The notes under the pieces were generated by a model that saw only the letters and a list, made by a program, of their open reading frames with translations, ran no database searches and was not told the origin of the DNA. From contig JBGARD010000007.1 of NCBI GenBank assembly GCA_044230355.1, positions 1,126-65,125 on the forward strand: a stretch of DNA of 64,000 bases, read 5' to 3'. Position numbers and translations under genes: made by a program. This document shows positions 20,673 through 30,844 of the stretch, piece after piece. The stretch comes from Usitatibacteraceae bacterium (GTDB taxonomy: Bacteria > Pseudomonadota > Gammaproteobacteria > Burkholderiales > Usitatibacteraceae). How positions within the stretch are numbered: position 1 is the stretch's first letter; the number at the start of each line of letters is the position of its first letter.

Positions 20673-21989
20673 CTAGCCGCGCACCGCGGCCTCGACGTCC
20701 GCCGTTTCCTTGGGACAGGAAGCGGTGAGGACCTCGCGGCCCTTCGCCGTGACCAGGACGTCGTCCTCGATGCGCACGCCGATGTTCCAGAAGTGCTTCG
20801 GCACGTTGTCCGCCGGCCGGATGTAGCAGCCCGGCTCCACGGTGAGCACCATGCCGGGCTGGAGCTTCCTCCACTTGCCCTTGCGCATGTACTCGCCCGC
20901 GTCGTGGACGTCGAGCCCCAGCCAGTGCCCCGTGCGGTGCATGTAGAACTGCTTGTACGACTCGCCGGCCAGGACCTTGTCGACGCTACCCTTGCACAGC
21001 TTCATGTCGATGAAGCCGCGCACCAGCACGCGGGTGGCCGCGTCGTGGTAGTCGATGAAGGCCGCGCCCGGCTTCACGGCCTTGATGGCCGCCTCCTGCG
21101 ACGCGAGCACGAGCTCGTAGACGTCCTTCTGCGCCGCCGTGAACCTGCCGTCCACCGGGAAGGTGCGCGTGATGTCGGCGGCGTAGCTGTCGAGCTCGCA
21201 GCCGGCGTCGATGAGCATGAGGTCGCCCTTCCTCAGCTCCGCGCTGTTCTCGCGGTAGTGGAGCACGCAGGCGTTGGCGCCGGCGGCCACGATCGAGCCG
21301 TAGGCCGCGGAGCGCGCCCCGTTGCGGCAGAACTCGTGCAGCAGCTCCGCCTCGATCTCGTACTCGCGCCTTCCCGGGGCGGCCGCGCGCATCGCGCGCA
21401 CGTGGGCCGCGCCCGAGATCTCGGCGGCGCGGCGCATGATCGCGATCTCGTCCGCGTCCTTGAAGAGGCGCAGCTCGTTCACCGCCGCGCGCACGTCGCG
21501 GATCTCGGTGGGGGCGCTCACGCCCGTCCTCGACTTCGCGCGCACCGCGTTCAGCCATCCGGCCACGCGCGCGTCCCAGGCGGGGTCGGCACCCACCGGC
21601 GTGTGGATGACCGGCTGGTCCGCGATGAGCTCCGGGATGAGCGCGTCGAGCTCGCCCACGGGGTGGGCGCGGTCGAAGCCGAACGCCTGCTTCGCGAGGT
21701 CGGGGCCGAAGCGGAACCCGTCCCAGATCTCGCGCTCCAGGTTCTTCTCGCGGCAGAAGAGGATCTCGCGCGGCTTCCTGCCCAGCACGATCACCAGCAC
21801 GGCCTCGGGCTCGCGGAACCCCGTGAGGTAGTAGAAGCCGCTGTCCCACCGGTAGTCGTAGTGGGAGTCGGCGTTGCGGGTGCGCTCGGGCGCGGTCGGC
21901 AGGATCACGACGCCCTCGCCCAGCGTGCGGGAAAGGCTGGCGCGGCGGCGGCGGAACGGCTTGATGCGGTGGGGGTTCTCGAGCTTCAT
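20673..21989 (-). CDS. pepP: Xaa-Pro aminopeptidase
   Basis: 438 aa with an N-terminal creatinase-like domain and M24 metal ligands in LIDAGCELDSYAADITRTFP and HRTGHWLGLDVHD. Confidence 0.92.
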   Translation of the reverse strand: MKLENPHRIKPFRRRRASLSRTLGEGVVILPTAPERTRNADSHYDYRWDSGFYYLTGFREPEAVLVIVLGRKPREILFCREKNLEREIWDGFRFGPDLAKQAFGFDRAHPVGELDALIPELIADQPVIHTPVGADPAWDARVAGWLNAVRAKSRTGVSAPTEIRDVRAAVNELRLFKDADEIAIMRRAAEISGAAHVRAMRAAAPGRREYEIEAELLHEFCRNGARSAAYGSIVAAGANACVLHYRENSAELRKGDLMLIDAGCELDSYAADITRTFPVDGRFTAAQKDVYELVLASQEAAIKAVKPGAAFIDYHDAATRVLVRGFIDMKLCKGSVDKVLAGESYKQFYMHRTGHWLGLDVHDAGEYMRKGKWRKLQPGMVLTVEPGCYIRPADNVPKHFWNIGVRIEDDVLVTAKGREVLTASCPKETADVEAAVRG

Positions 21990-22035
21990 GGGTCGTCCGG
22001 GGGCGGGCGCGCAAGGCGCCGCGAAGCGGACGATT

Positions 22036-22671
22036 TTACCGGGATTCCGGGGGTCGGTCGGCGTGCTCGCGCATGAGGGCCGCGAGCGCCCCCTGCCCTT
22101 CGCCCTCGAGCGCCGCGATCACGCCTTCGAGGTCCGCCGGGCGGCGGTTCTGGGAAAGCTTGAACTTGCCCTCGAGCCGCTCGACCGCGATCTCGAAGCC
22201 CACGATCGCCGCCATCAGCCTGGGCGTGAAGTCGGCGGGCTGGTCCTCCATCCGCCAGGGCGCGGGCCGCCCTTCCTCGTACTTGCGCGTCAGGCGCCCC
22301 AGGAGCGCCGGCAGCGCCTCCGGCTCCACGATCCGCGCCTTGCCGCGCGCGTGCACCACGGCGTAGTTCCAGGTCGGCACGCTCGGGTGGTGCGCGTACC
22401 AGGACGGCGAGACGTAGGCGTGCGGGCCCCCGAAGATCGCGAGCACCTCGGCCGCGGACTCGAGCGACTCCCAGTGCGCGTTGGCGCGCGCCATGTGCCC
22501 CTCGAGCCGCAGCCGGCCGTCGCTCCCGCGGCCGACGAGGAGCGGGACGTGGCTCGTCCACAGCCCCTCGGGGCCGGTGCTCACGAGCGTCGCGAAGCCG
22601 TTCTCCGCGACGAAGCGCTCGAGGGTGGCCGCGTCCTCGACGCGGAAGTGGCCCGGGACGTAGAAAGTCAT
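22036..22671 (-). CDS. FMN-binding negative transcriptional regulator, PaiB family
   Basis: 211 aa from MTFYVPGHFRVED. Contains ATLVS...SHVPLL, HMARANAHW, GPHAYVSPSWY, VPTWNY and FKLSQN. Confidence 0.8.
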   Translation of the reverse strand: MTFYVPGHFRVEDAATLERFVAENGFATLVSTGPEGLWTSHVPLLVGRGSDGRLRLEGHMARANAHWESLESAAEVLAIFGGPHAYVSPSWYAHHPSVPTWNYAVVHARGKARIVEPEALPALLGRLTRKYEEGRPAPWRMEDQPADFTPRLMAAIVGFEIAVERLEGKFKLSQNRRPADLEGVIAALEGEGQGALAALMREHADRPPESR

Positions 22672-23354
22672 GGCTTGAGCCTCCGGTCGAGATCGGCCAG
22701 CTGCGCGGGCGTGCCCAGGTTCTCCCACGTTCCCGTGAAGCGCTCTCCCGTCACGCGGCCCTCGTCCACGAAGCGGTAGGCCCACGGGAAGAGCTTCAGG
22801 TGCGTCCCCGGCGCGATGCCCGCGAAGAGCGCCGGGTGGAACACCGCGATGTTCGCGTAGGTGAGGAGCGGCCCGGCGCGGCGCACCAGGTTGCCCTCGA
22901 GCCCCATGTCCCCGCCCGGATGGTACGGCGGATTGTCGACGAGGACGAAGTGGGCCGCCCGGCGGCCGGGATCGCGCGCGATGTCCTTCGCCACCGCCTC
23001 GAGGCGGGAGAAATCGTAGTCGGTGTGGATGTCGCCGCTCACCACGACGAAGGGCTCGTCGCCCAGGAGCGCCAGCGCCTTCGCGATGCCGCCGGCCGTC
23101 TCGAGCGCCGTGCCTTCGCGCGACCAGTCGACGCGAAGTCCCCAGCGCGAGCCGTCGCCCACCGCAGCCTCGAGCATCCCGCCCAGGTGCGCGTGGTTGA
23201 TGACGACGCGGCGGATGCCCCCGGCCGCGAGGCGGGAGAGCTGCCGGTCGATGAGCGTCCGGCCGCCCGCGGCGAGCAGCGGCTTGGGGCACGCGTCGGT
23301 GAGCGGGCGCATGCGTTCGCCGCGGCCGGCTGCGAGGATGAGAACCGGGGGCAT
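22668..23354 (-). CDS. murU: N-acetylmuramate alpha-1-phosphate uridylyltransferase (nucleotidyltransferase)
   Basis: 228 aa with MPPVLILAAGRGERMRPLTDACPKPLL. It lies directly downstream of the amgK-like kinase, as in Pseudomonas amgK-murU. Confidence 0.8.
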   Translation of the reverse strand: MPPVLILAAGRGERMRPLTDACPKPLLAAGGRTLIDRQLSRLAAGGIRRVVINHAHLGGMLEAAVGDGSRWGLRVDWSREGTALETAGGIAKALALLGDEPFVVVSGDIHTDYDFSRLEAVAKDIARDPGRRAAHFVLVDNPPYHPGGDMGLEGNLVRRAGPLLTYANIAVFHPALFAGIAPGTHLKLFPWAYRFVDEGRVTGERFTGTWENLGTPAQLADLDRRLKP

Positions 23355-23368
23355 CGCCGGCCGCCGCC

Positions 23369-24361
23369 CTAGAACGTGTAGCCGGCGACGGGCTTCACGC
23401 CCTCGAGCCGGTCGAGGAGCCGCGCCAGGGGGCGCAGCTCGCCGTAGCGGGCGCAGGCGTGGCGCACGTAGGCGAGGAACCGGGGCGTGTCGCCGAGGTA
23501 GCCGGGCTTGCCGTCGCGGTAGTGGATGCGCGCGAAGATGCCCAGCACCTTGAGGTGGCGCTGCAGGCCCATCCATTCGACGTCGCGCCAGAATTCCCCG
23601 AAGTCGGCGCGCACCGGCAGCCCCCGCTTCCTGGCGGCTTCCCAGTAGCGGATCGTGCCGTCGAGGACGCGCTCCTCCTCCCAGGTCACGAAGGCGTCGC
23701 GCCAGAGCGAGGCGATGTCGTAGCTGATCGGCCCGTGCACGGCGTCCTGGAAATCCAGCACGCCGGGGTTGGGCTCGGAGACCATGAGGTTCCGGGGCAT
23801 GAAGTCGCGGTGCACGAAGACGCGCGGCTCCGCGAGGTTGCGCTCGAGGATGCGCCGGAAGACCTGCTCGAGGCTTTCGCGCTCCGCGGCATCCAGCGTG
23901 ACACCGAGGTGGCGTGCGACGAACCAGTCCGGGAAGAGCGCGAGCTCGCGCCGCAGCAGGGCCTCGTCGTAGGGCGGCAGCTCGCCCTCGCGGCTCGCGG
24001 CCTGCCAGTCGACGAGGGCGCCGGTGGCGTCGCGGAAGAGCGCCTCCTCGTTCGTCCCGTCGAAGGCCTGGAGGTAGGTGCGCCGCCCCAGGTCGGAGAG
24101 CAGCAGGAATCCCTGGGCGAGGTCCTGGGCGACGATCTCCGGGACGTGGACGCCGGCCTCGCGCATGAGCCCCGCCACCTTCACGAAGGGGCGGCAGTCC
24201 TCGCGCTCCGGCGGCGCATCCATCGCGACCCACGTGCGGTCCCCCGAGCAGACGCGGAAGTAGCGCCGGAAGCTCGCGTCGGCGCTCGCCGGCTCGCGCG
24301 TGAATTCGCGACCGCCGAGGGTGCGGCCAAGCCAGGCGTCGAGCGCCTCGAGGCGTTCCAT
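23369..24361 (-). CDS. amgK: anomeric MurNAc/GlcNAc kinase (aminoglycoside phosphotransferase fold)
   Basis: From MERLEALDAWL. Contains the APH-type motif VFVHRDFMPRNLMV...LDFQDA. It is divergent from lptD and followed by murU. Confidence 0.8.
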   Translation of the reverse strand: MERLEALDAWLGRTLGGREFTREPASADASFRRYFRVCSGDRTWVAMDAPPEREDCRPFVKVAGLMREAGVHVPEIVAQDLAQGFLLLSDLGRRTYLQAFDGTNEEALFRDATGALVDWQAASREGELPPYDEALLRRELALFPDWFVARHLGVTLDAAERESLEQVFRRILERNLAEPRVFVHRDFMPRNLMVSEPNPGVLDFQDAVHGPISYDIASLWRDAFVTWEEERVLDGTIRYWEAARKRGLPVRADFGEFWRDVEWMGLQRHLKVLGIFARIHYRDGKPGYLGDTPRFLAYVRHACARYGELRPLARLLDRLEGVKPVAGYTF

Positions 24362-24401
24362 GGGGAGTGAAGCGGGGCGGCTATCGCGTGTATTCTTGCG
24401 G

Positions 24402-24411
24402 ATTCTAGCAT
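24402..24411. promoter_or_regulatory. near-palindromic bidirectional -10 element in the amgK/lptD divergent region
   Basis: The minus strand reads TGCTAGAAT (24402-24410) towards amgK. The plus strand reads TAGCAT (24406-24411) towards lptD. Confidence 0.45.
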
Positions 24412-24429
24412 CGCGCACCCACTCCCCCG

Positions 24430-26633
24430 ATGGCCCGCCGCATCCTCCCGCTCATCCTCGCCTGCGCGTGCGCCCTGCCGGCCGCAGCGGACGAGGGCGT
24501 CCCCCTGCGGTTGGACCGCCGCCTCGCGCCCCCGCCGCCGCGGATCGAGCGCGACGCCGTGCGCTTCCTCTCGGCCGAGCGCATCACGGGCGACGAGGCG
24601 AAGCGGGTCGTCGCGACGGGCAACGTCGCGATCCGCCAGCGCGGCGCGGCGATCTTCGCCGACCGGCTGGACTACGACGTCGAGAACGACACGGCGCTCG
24701 CCACCGGCAACGTGCGCCTCGAGCGCATCGGCGACACCGTCACCGGCCCCCGCCTCCTGTACCGCATCGACGAGGGGACCGGCGAGATGGAGCGCCCCTT
24801 CTTCCAGATACCGAAGACCGAGGAGCGCCGCCACGCCTCGCGCGGCTCGGCCGAGCACGCGTTCCTCGAGGGCGACGAGAAGAGCCGCCTGCTGCGAGCC
24901 GAGTACACGACCTGCCCCGTGCCGCGCGATGACTGGGTGCTCAAGGTGGGCGAACTGGAGATCGACGGCAAGCAGCAGGTGGGCACGGCGTGGAATTCCG
25001 CCGTGTACTTCTTCGGCGTGCCGATCCTCTACTCCCCCTGGCTCTCCTTCCCGATCGACAACGCCCGCAAGTCCGGCTTCCTCGCGCCCACGCTGGGATC
25101 GTCCGGCCAGAGCGGCTTCGAGTTCTCCCTGCCCTGGTACTGGAACATCGCCGAGAACCAGGACGCGACCATCACGCCCAAGATCTACTCCAAGCGCGGG
25201 CTGCAGATGGGCGGCGAGTACCGCTACCTGCGGCCGACGTTCACCGGCCAGGCCGACGCCGAGTTCCTCCCCAACGACAACATCACCGGCACCGACCGAT
25301 ACTTCGTGTCGCTGCGCCACGCCCAGCAGCTGCCGCTGGGCCTGTCGCTCGCCGTGAACGCGCAGAAGGTCTCCGACGACGACTACTTCCGCGACCTGTC
25401 GACGCGCGTGGCGGCGACCTCGCAGACGAACCTGCCGCGCGACGCGATCCTGGGCTACCAGGACGAGGTCTGGACCGCGACCGCGCGCGCTATCGCCTAC
25501 CAGACCCTCCAGGACCCGCTCGCCCCGGTGACGAAGCCCTACCGGCAGCTGCCGCAGATATTCGTCACCGGGCTCAAGCAGGACGTCCTCGGCACCGACT
25601 GGCTCGTCGGCGCCGAGTACGCCAACTACAAGCACCCGGACCTCGTGAACGGGCAGCGCCTCATCTTCTACCCGCAGGTCTCGTTCCCGCTGCGAAGGCC
25701 CTGGGGCTACGTGACCCCCAGGCCGGGTACCACTACACGAACTACAAGATCTCGGAGAACGACGGGGGGTTCCAGGACGCCACGCGCAGCCTGCCGCTCG
25801 CGAGCGTCGACGCGGGGCTCTTCTTCGACCGCCCCTGGCAATTCGCGGGCCGGAGCTACTACCAGACCCTCGAGCCGCGGCTCTTCTACGTCTACGTCCC
25901 CTACCGCGACCAGTCGAGGCTGCCCAACTTCTCGACGGCCGAGGTCGACTTCGGCACCAACGCCCTCTTCCGCGAGAACCGCTTCATCGGTGGCGACCGC
26001 GTCGGCGACGCCAACCAGGTCACCATGGCCGTCACCAGCCGGCTCGTCGAACCCGACAGCGGCCTGGAGCGGCTCAAGGCGACGCTGGGCCAGATCTACT
26101 ACTTCGAGCCGCAGCGGGTCACGCTCGATGCGGCCGCGCCGCCGCGCGAGGGCAGCAAGTCCGACCTCCTCGCGCTCGTCTCCGGGCAGGTGACGCCCTC
26201 CTTCGCGGTCGACGCAAGCCTCGAGTACGACGCCGGCGCGACCCGGGCCAGGCAGTTCGACCTCGCCCTGCGCTACAACCCCCGGCCCGGCCGGGTCCTG
26301 AACGCCGCCTACCGCTTCACGCGCGATTTCGTCGAGCAGGTCGACCTCTCGGCCCAGTGGCCGGTGTCCGAGGGCCTGAGCCTCGTCGGCCGCTGGAACT
26401 GGAGCCTGCAGGACAGGAAGCTCATCGAGGGCGTCGCGGGCTTCGAATATAATGCGGGCTGCTGGGAGATCCGCGCGGTGGCGCACCGTTTCATCACGGC
26501 GACCCAGCAGGTCTCCACCTCCTTCCAGATCCAGCTCGAGCTCTCGGGCCTCTCGAGGATCGGCATCAACCCGCTTGAGACGTTGAGGCAGAACATTTCC
26601 GGCTACCGCAGGTCCGACGAGATTCCGCGATGA
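24430..26633 (+). pseudogene. lptD: LPS-assembly protein LptD with an interrupted reading frame (apparent 1-nt loss in a C-run)
   Basis: The N-part in frame 1 (track ORF 24430..26193) has a signal peptide and is LptD-like up to ...YPQVSFPLRRPWGYVTP. The LptD sequence then continues in frame 3 (C-terminal part of track ORF 24990..26633) as QAGYHYTNYKI...YQTLEPRLFYVYVPYRDQS...NQVT. The switch is at gtgaCCCCCagg, 25711-25722. Confidence 0.85.
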
Positions 26634-27943
26634 ACACGATCCGCACCCTCCTACGAACGGCCGCCCTTGCCGCCGCGCTCGCCGCGGCGGCCGCCCTCGC
26701 CCAGGCCCCGCCCAGGAACATCGTCCTGGTCGACCGCATCGTGGCCGTGGTGAACGGGGAGGTGATCACCTCCGTCGAGCTCGCCGAGCGCACGCGGATC
26801 GTGACCGCGCAGCTGCGCCGCGGCGGCGGGCAGCTGCCTCCCATGGAAGCCCTGCAGCGCCAGGTCCTCGAGCGCATGATCAACGACCTCGTGCAGATCC
26901 AGTTGGCCAAGGAGACCGGCATCAAGGTGGAGGAGGCGGCCGTCGAGAAGACCGTCCAGCGCATCGCCGACGACAACAGCCTCTCCATGACCGCCTTCCG
27001 CCAGGCCCTCGAGCGCGACGGCGTGCGCTACGCGCGGTTCCGGGAGGACATGAAGAACGAGCTGATCCTCACGCGCCTTCGCGAGCGCGAGGTCGAGAAC
27101 GCCGTCGTGGTGACCGACGCCGAGGTGGAGACCGAGCTCGCCCGCTCCGCGAAGGAGCGCGGGGGCGACACCGAGTTCCAGATCCAGCACGTGCTGGTGC
27201 TGCTGCCGCAGCAGGCCACCCCGGACCAGATCGACGCCCGCCGCCGCCGCGCGCTGCAGGCGCTCTCCGAGCTGCGCAAGGGCACCACGTTCGCGGAGAT
27301 CGCGGCCACCTACTCCGACGCGCCCGACGCCCTGCAAGGCGGCAACCTCGGCTGGCGCCCGGCGGGCCGGCTGCCGGGCCTGTTCCTCGACACCCTGGAC
27401 AAGCTCAAGCCCGGCGAGGTGAGCGACATCCTGAGGAGCCCCAACGGCTTCCACATCGTGAAGCTGCTGGACAAGCGCGGCAAGGACAAGGCCCCGTCGA
27501 TCACGCAGACGCGCGCGCGCCACATCCTCCTGCGCACGAAGGAGGGCGTCAACGAGGCCGACATGCGCACCCGCCTGGCCCGCGTCCGCGAGCGGATCGC
27601 CGCCGGCGAGGACTTCGCGGAGCTCGCGAAGCAGAACTCCGAGGACGGCACGGCCTCCCGCGGCGGCGACCTCGGCTGGATCTCCCCGGGCGACACGGTG
27701 CCGGAATTCGAGCGCGTCATGAACTCGCTTCGCGACGGCGAGCTCAGCCAGCCCATACAGACGCCCTTCGGCTGGCACCTCGTGCAGGTCCTGGAGCGGC
27801 GCAACGAGGCGATGAGCGAGGACCGCCGCAAGCTCGCCGCCCGCCAGACGGTGCGCGCGCGCAAGGCCGACGAGGCCTTCCAGGACTGGCTTCGCCAGAC
27901 GCGCGACCGCGCCTTCGTCGAGAACCGCCTCGAGGAGCGCTGA
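26630..27943 (+). CDS. surA: periplasmic chaperone / peptidyl-prolyl isomerase SurA
   Basis: 437 aa with a signal peptide, DRIVAVVNGEVIT, and two parvulin domains (...GGNLGW... and ...GGDLGWISPG...FGWHLV). Confidence 0.92.
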   Translation: MNTIRTLLRTAALAAALAAAAALAQAPPRNIVLVDRIVAVVNGEVITSVELAERTRIVTAQLRRGGGQLPPMEALQRQVLERMINDLVQIQLAKETGIKVEEAAVEKTVQRIADDNSLSMTAFRQALERDGVRYARFREDMKNELILTRLREREVENAVVVTDAEVETELARSAKERGGDTEFQIQHVLVLLPQQATPDQIDARRRRALQALSELRKGTTFAEIAATYSDAPDALQGGNLGWRPAGRLPGLFLDTLDKLKPGEVSDILRSPNGFHIVKLLDKRGKDKAPSITQTRARHILLRTKEGVNEADMRTRLARVRERIAAGEDFAELAKQNSEDGTASRGGDLGWISPGDTVPEFERVMNSLRDGELSQPIQTPFGWHLVQVLERRNEAMSEDRRKLAARQTVRARKADEAFQDWLRQTRDRAFVENRLEER

Positions 27944-27974
27944 AGGCGCGCGCTTTTCGCGCGCCCCGGCGACA

Positions 27975-28949
27975 ATGGACGCCGCCCTCCCCATCGCCGT
28001 CACCTCGGGCGAGCCCGCCGGCATCGGCCCGGACCTGTGCGCCATCGCCGCCACCCGGCGCCACGCCGCGAGGCTCGTCTTCCTGGGCGACCGCGGCGTG
28101 ATCGAAAGCCGGGCGAAGGGCCGCGGCCTCGCCCTCGACCTGCCCGGCTACGCGCCCGGTTCTTCCGCGCCGGCCTCGCTGCTGCACGTCGCGGCGCCGG
28201 CGCCGGTGATTGCGGGGCGCCTCGACCCGGCCAACGGCCGCCACGTCCTCGCCCTCCTCGACAGGGCGCTGGACGGCTGCCGCGCGGGCGAGTTCGCGGC
28301 CATGGTCACCGCACCCGTGCAGAAATCCGTGATCGCGGACGCCGGCGTCCCCTTCACCGGCCACACCGAGTACCTCGCCGCGAGGACGGGGACGCCGCGC
28401 GTGGTGATGATGCTCGCCGGCGGCGGGCTGCGCGTGGCGCTCGCCACCACGCACCTGCCGCTCGCCGCGGTGCCGGCGGCGATCCAGCCCGAGGCGATCG
28501 TGGGGACGCTGCGGATCCTCGAGCACGACCTGCGCCTGCGCTTCGGCATCGAGCGTCCGCGGATCCTGGTGGCGGGCCTCAACCCGCACGCCGGCGAGTC
28601 CGGCCACCTCGGGCGCGAGGAGATCGAGGTCATCTCCCCGGCCATCGAGGAGCTCAGGCGCGAGGGGATGCGCCTCGAGGGGCCGCTTCCGGCCGACACG
28701 CTCTTCACCGCGCGCGTCCTCGAGGGCGCCGACGCGGTCCTCGCGATGTACCACGACCAGGGGCTGCCGGTGCTCAAGTACGCCTCGTTCGGGCACGCGG
28801 TGAACGTGACGCTCGGCCTGCCGGTCATCCGCACCTCGGTCGACCACGGCACCGCGCTCGATCGCGCGGGGGCGGGCGAGGTGGACTCGGGCAGCCTCGA
28901 GGCGGCGATCGCCCTCGCGGCCGAGCTCGCCGGCCGCGCCCGCTCCTAG
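27975..28949 (+). CDS. pdxA: 4-hydroxythreonine-4-phosphate dehydrogenase
   Basis: 324 aa with GEPAGIGPDL, FTGHTEYLA, GLNPHAGE, and TSVDHGTA. Confidence 0.93.
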   Translation: MDAALPIAVTSGEPAGIGPDLCAIAATRRHAARLVFLGDRGVIESRAKGRGLALDLPGYAPGSSAPASLLHVAAPAPVIAGRLDPANGRHVLALLDRALDGCRAGEFAAMVTAPVQKSVIADAGVPFTGHTEYLAARTGTPRVVMMLAGGGLRVALATTHLPLAAVPAAIQPEAIVGTLRILEHDLRLRFGIERPRILVAGLNPHAGESGHLGREEIEVISPAIEELRREGMRLEGPLPADTLFTARVLEGADAVLAMYHDQGLPVLKYASFGHAVNVTLGLPVIRTSVDHGTALDRAGAGEVDSGSLEAAIALAAELAGRARS

Positions 28950-28957
28950 GGCCGCCG

Positions 28958-29725
28958 ATGCTGCCGCGCCCGAAGAAGCGGCTGGGGCAGCACTTCCTCA
29001 CCGACCGCCACTATCTCGACCGCATCGTCGCGGAGATCGACCCGCGGCCGGGCGAGGCGATGGTCGAGATCGGGCCGGGGCCCGGCGCCCTCACGGAGCG
29101 GCTCGCCCAGGCGGTGCGCCCATTGCACGTCGTGGAGATCGACCGCGAGCTCGCCGAAGCCCTGCGCGGCCGCTTCGCGCCGGAGGAGGTCGTCGTGCAC
29201 GAGGGCGACGCGCTCGAGTTCGACTTCGGCGCGCTACCCGGGGACCTGCGGGTCGTCGGCAACCTCCCCTACAACGTCTCGACCCCGCTCCTGTTCCACG
29301 TGGCCGCCTTCGCCCCGCGGATCCGCGACTGCGTCTTCATGCTGCAGAAGGAGGTGGTCGAGCGCATGGTGGCGCTGCCGGGCACGGCGGACTACGGCCG
29401 CCTGACGGTGATGCTGCAGTACCGCTTCGACATGGCACTCGCCTTCCGCGTGCCGCCGGGCGCGTTCACGCCGCCGCCCAAGGTCGACTCGGCCATCGTG
29501 CGCATGCGCCCCCTGGGCGAGGGCCGCCGGGTCGCGCGCGACGAGGTCCTTTTCGAGCGGATCGTCGCGGCCGCCTTCTCGCAGCGGCGCAAGATGCTGC
29601 GCAGCGCGGTTCGGGCCCTCGTGGACGCGCAGGCCTTCGAAAAGGCGGGGATCGATCCGCAGCGCCGCGGCGAGACGCTCTCGGTGGCCGAGTTCGCCGA
29701 TCTCGCCGACTGCGCGCTGCGCTAG
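28958..29725 (+). CDS. rsmA: 16S rRNA (adenine1518/1519-N6)-dimethyltransferase
   Basis: From [16 protein letters not shown]. Contains [10 protein letters not shown] and [10 protein letters not shown]. Confidence 0.93.
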   Translation: MLPRPKKRLGQHFLTDRHYLDRIVAEIDPRPGEAMVEIGPGPGALTERLAQAVRPLHVVEIDRELAEALRGRFAPEEVVVHEGDALEFDFGALPGDLRVVGNLPYNVSTPLLFHVAAFAPRIRDCVFMLQKEVVERMVALPGTADYGRLTVMLQYRFDMALAFRVPPGAFTPPPKVDSAIVRMRPLGEGRRVARDEVLFERIVAAAFSQRRKMLRSAVRALVDAQAFEKAGIDPQRRGETLSVAEFADLADCALR

Positions 29726-30105
29726 GCGCGCTGGATGAACTCGATCTTGTAGCCGTCCGGGTCCTCGACGAAGGCGATGACCGTCGTGCCGTGCTTCATG
29801 GGGCCCGCCTCGCGCGTGACCTTGCCGCCGAGCCTCTTCACTTCCTCGCAGGCCTTGTAGGCGTCGGCCACGGCCACCGCGATGTGGCCGAAGCCGCTCC
29901 CGAGGTCGTAGGACTTCGTCTCCCAGTTGTGGGTGAGCTCGATCACGGCCCCTTCCGACTCGTCGCCGTAGCCCACGAAGGCGAGCGTGAACTTGCCGTC
30001 CGGGTAGTCCTTGCGCCGGATGACTTTCATGCCGAGCACCTCGGTGTAGAACCTGATGGAGCGGTCGAGGTCGCCGACCCGGATCATGGTGTGCAGGATT
30101 CGCAT
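29722..30105 (-). CDS. gloA: lactoylglutathione lyase (glyoxalase I)
   Basis: 127 aa with [23 protein letters not shown] and ELTHNW...GFGHIA. Confidence 0.92.
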   Translation of the reverse strand: MRILHTMIRVGDLDRSIRFYTEVLGMKVIRRKDYPDGKFTLAFVGYGDESEGAVIELTHNWETKSYDLGSGFGHIAVAVADAYKACEEVKRLGGKVTREAGPMKHGTTVIAFVEDPDGYKIEFIQRA

Positions 30106-30115
30106 GCTTTCCTCC

Positions 30116-30844
30116 TCAGAAGGAGCGGTACAGGTGGTCGGTGGCTTCCAGCTCCTCGCGCAGCATCCGGTAGTCCGGGCACAGGCGCCCGACCTCCGCC
30201 CAGAATTCGCGCGAGTGGTTCATGTGGCGCAGGTGCGCGAGCTCGTGGCAGACGACGTAGTCGACGAGGGCGGGCCTCGCCTTCACGAGCCGCCAGGCCA
30301 GGCGCACCTCGCGCCGGCTGTTGCAGCTTCCCCAGCGCGAGTTGGCCGACGAGAGCAGCACGCGCGGCGGGGCGAGGACCGCGAGGCGCGAGAAGAAGAA
30401 GGCGCGCTGCGCGAGGTGGGCCAGTGCCGTGCGGCGGTACCACGCCACGACTGCGCGCCGGACGGTTTCCTCCCCGCGGGAGGGCACGCGCACGAGCAGC
30501 TCGGCGCCGGCCACCTCGGCCGCGGCACGCTTCGCCTCGCCGAGCCGGAGCGTGAGGAACCCGCCCAGGTACGGCAGCGCCGCGCCATCGTCCCAGCGCT
30601 GGACGGGCACCTGGCGCGCGCGCCAGACCTCGAGCTTGCCGAGGACCCACGACTCGCTCTCGAGCACCATCTTCTCGACGCGCGCGACCGGGACGGTGAG
30701 CGGCGCGCTCACCGTGAGGCCGGAGGAATCGACCTTGAGCCCCACGCCGCGGCGGCCGCGGCGGCGCACCAGCGTGTAATCGACGCTTCCGGCGCGCAGC
30801 AGCAGCGTGCGCGCTTCGCGCGCGGGCGGCTCACGAACCGGCAT
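30116..30844 (-). CDS. YgjP-like metal-dependent hydrolase (DUF45 / M48-like, HExxH)
   Basis: 242 aa with SRWGSC...[20 protein letters not shown]. Confidence 0.8.
   Translation of the reverse strand: MPVREPPAREARTLLLRAGSVDYTLVRRRGRRGVGLKVDSSGLTVSAPLTVPVARVEKMVLESESWVLGKLEVWRARQVPVQRWDDGAALPYLGGFLTLRLGEAKRAAAEVAGAELLVRVPSRGEETVRRAVVAWYRRTALAHLAQRAFFFSRLAVLAPPRVLLSSANSRWGSCNSRREVRLAWRLVKARPALVDYVVCHELAHLRHMNHSREFWAEVGRLCPDYRMLREELEATDHLYRSF

Noticed and set aside
24990-25718. The N-terminal part of track ORF 24990..26633 as an independent gene.
   Set aside because: Its translation is Arg/Pro-rich nonsense that overlaps the genuine LptD N-terminal frame. Only the part after about 25719 is LptD-like, so it is treated as the C-terminal half of a frameshifted lptD.
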